A stretch of 63,791 nt of DNA, filler included, from Octopus bimaculoides (Eukaryota): NCBI RefSeq assembly GCF_001194135.2. It is 8 parts of 8 records of this genome, joined end to end, with 100 filler letters (N's around TTAATTAATTAA, not from the genome) between each part and the next. Parts side by side here need not be neighbours in the genome. Positions count along the whole stretch, not along the records: positions 62,519 to 63,791 come from NC_068999.1; 7 more parts are not named here. One strand, written 5' to 3'. The notes beneath the pieces were generated by a model, which was not told the DNA's origin, made no database searches, and saw only the letters and a program-made list of their open reading frames with translations. Shown in pieces: positions 63,231 through 63,791 of the stretch. Position numbers and translations under genes: made by a program. Positions within the stretch are counted from its first letter, which is position 1. Each line of letters starts with the position of its first letter.

Positions 63231-63791
63231 ATATATATATATATATATATATATATACAAACGTGCACACATACTAGATTTTCTCGCAGCAGTTTGGCTT
63301 TTATTAATATTTCATAGGCAAAGAAGAAAATGTTTGTAATTAGAGAAGTTTAACATCAAAGCGGTCATTATGTGTTTATTGTATGATTATTTCTTGGAAT
63401 CAATGGCAGCGCTATTGTTTTTCAATATGTAACGATACACCTCATTAATTACTGGACCTTTGATGTCTTTTAATATTTCACTTAATATTATCACATTTCA
63501 TGGCAACTCGAATCATACATTGTGTGACGAGGCCTTCCCATCCACCAGCATCATCACCAATATTATTATTAACTTTATTGTTAATATTATTATTATCATT
63601 AATATTACTATTGTTGCTGTTGTTATTATTATTATTATTATTGCTGTTGTTGTTGTTGTTGTTGTTGTTGTCATCAACATCATCATCACCATCATCATCG
63701 TCATTCTTATTATCATTATAATTGGAGTCGTTATTATTGTTGTTCTTCTTCTTGTCCTTATTGATTGGTTGATGTTGCTTATTTTTATTAT

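Overview
This is AT-rich, gapped eukaryotic DNA, mostly intronic or intergenic. The microsatellite load and the SINE and RTE repeat families point to an octopus genome; that is inferred from repeat style, not from a database match. The only coding feature I can support well is one 99-nt exon (58985-59083, +) encoding TM6 of a class A, peptide-receptor-like GPCR. Nearly all other listed ORFs come from microsatellites, N gaps or decayed transposons: mariner, Tc1, maT/DD37D-like, a hAT-related element, MITEs, RTE, Tx1/L1, R4/Dong and Penelope-like elements (PLEs), plus at least four SINE-like families. The most interesting signals are: (1) several minimal hammerhead-ribozyme motifs with an extra A after the CUGANGA core, including two set back-to-back in a ~190-bp palindrome at 36.2 kb; (2) a (TTAGGG)n tract fused in frame at the 5' break of a PLE reverse transcriptase; (3) a tRNA-like unit inside terminal inverted repeats; (4) a 70-bp palindromic unit that may be tandemly repeated; (5) a CpG-decayed domain at about 22.5-35 kb that suggests a methylated gene body, with candidate exons. 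All readings were done by eye; family assignments below clade level are tentative.
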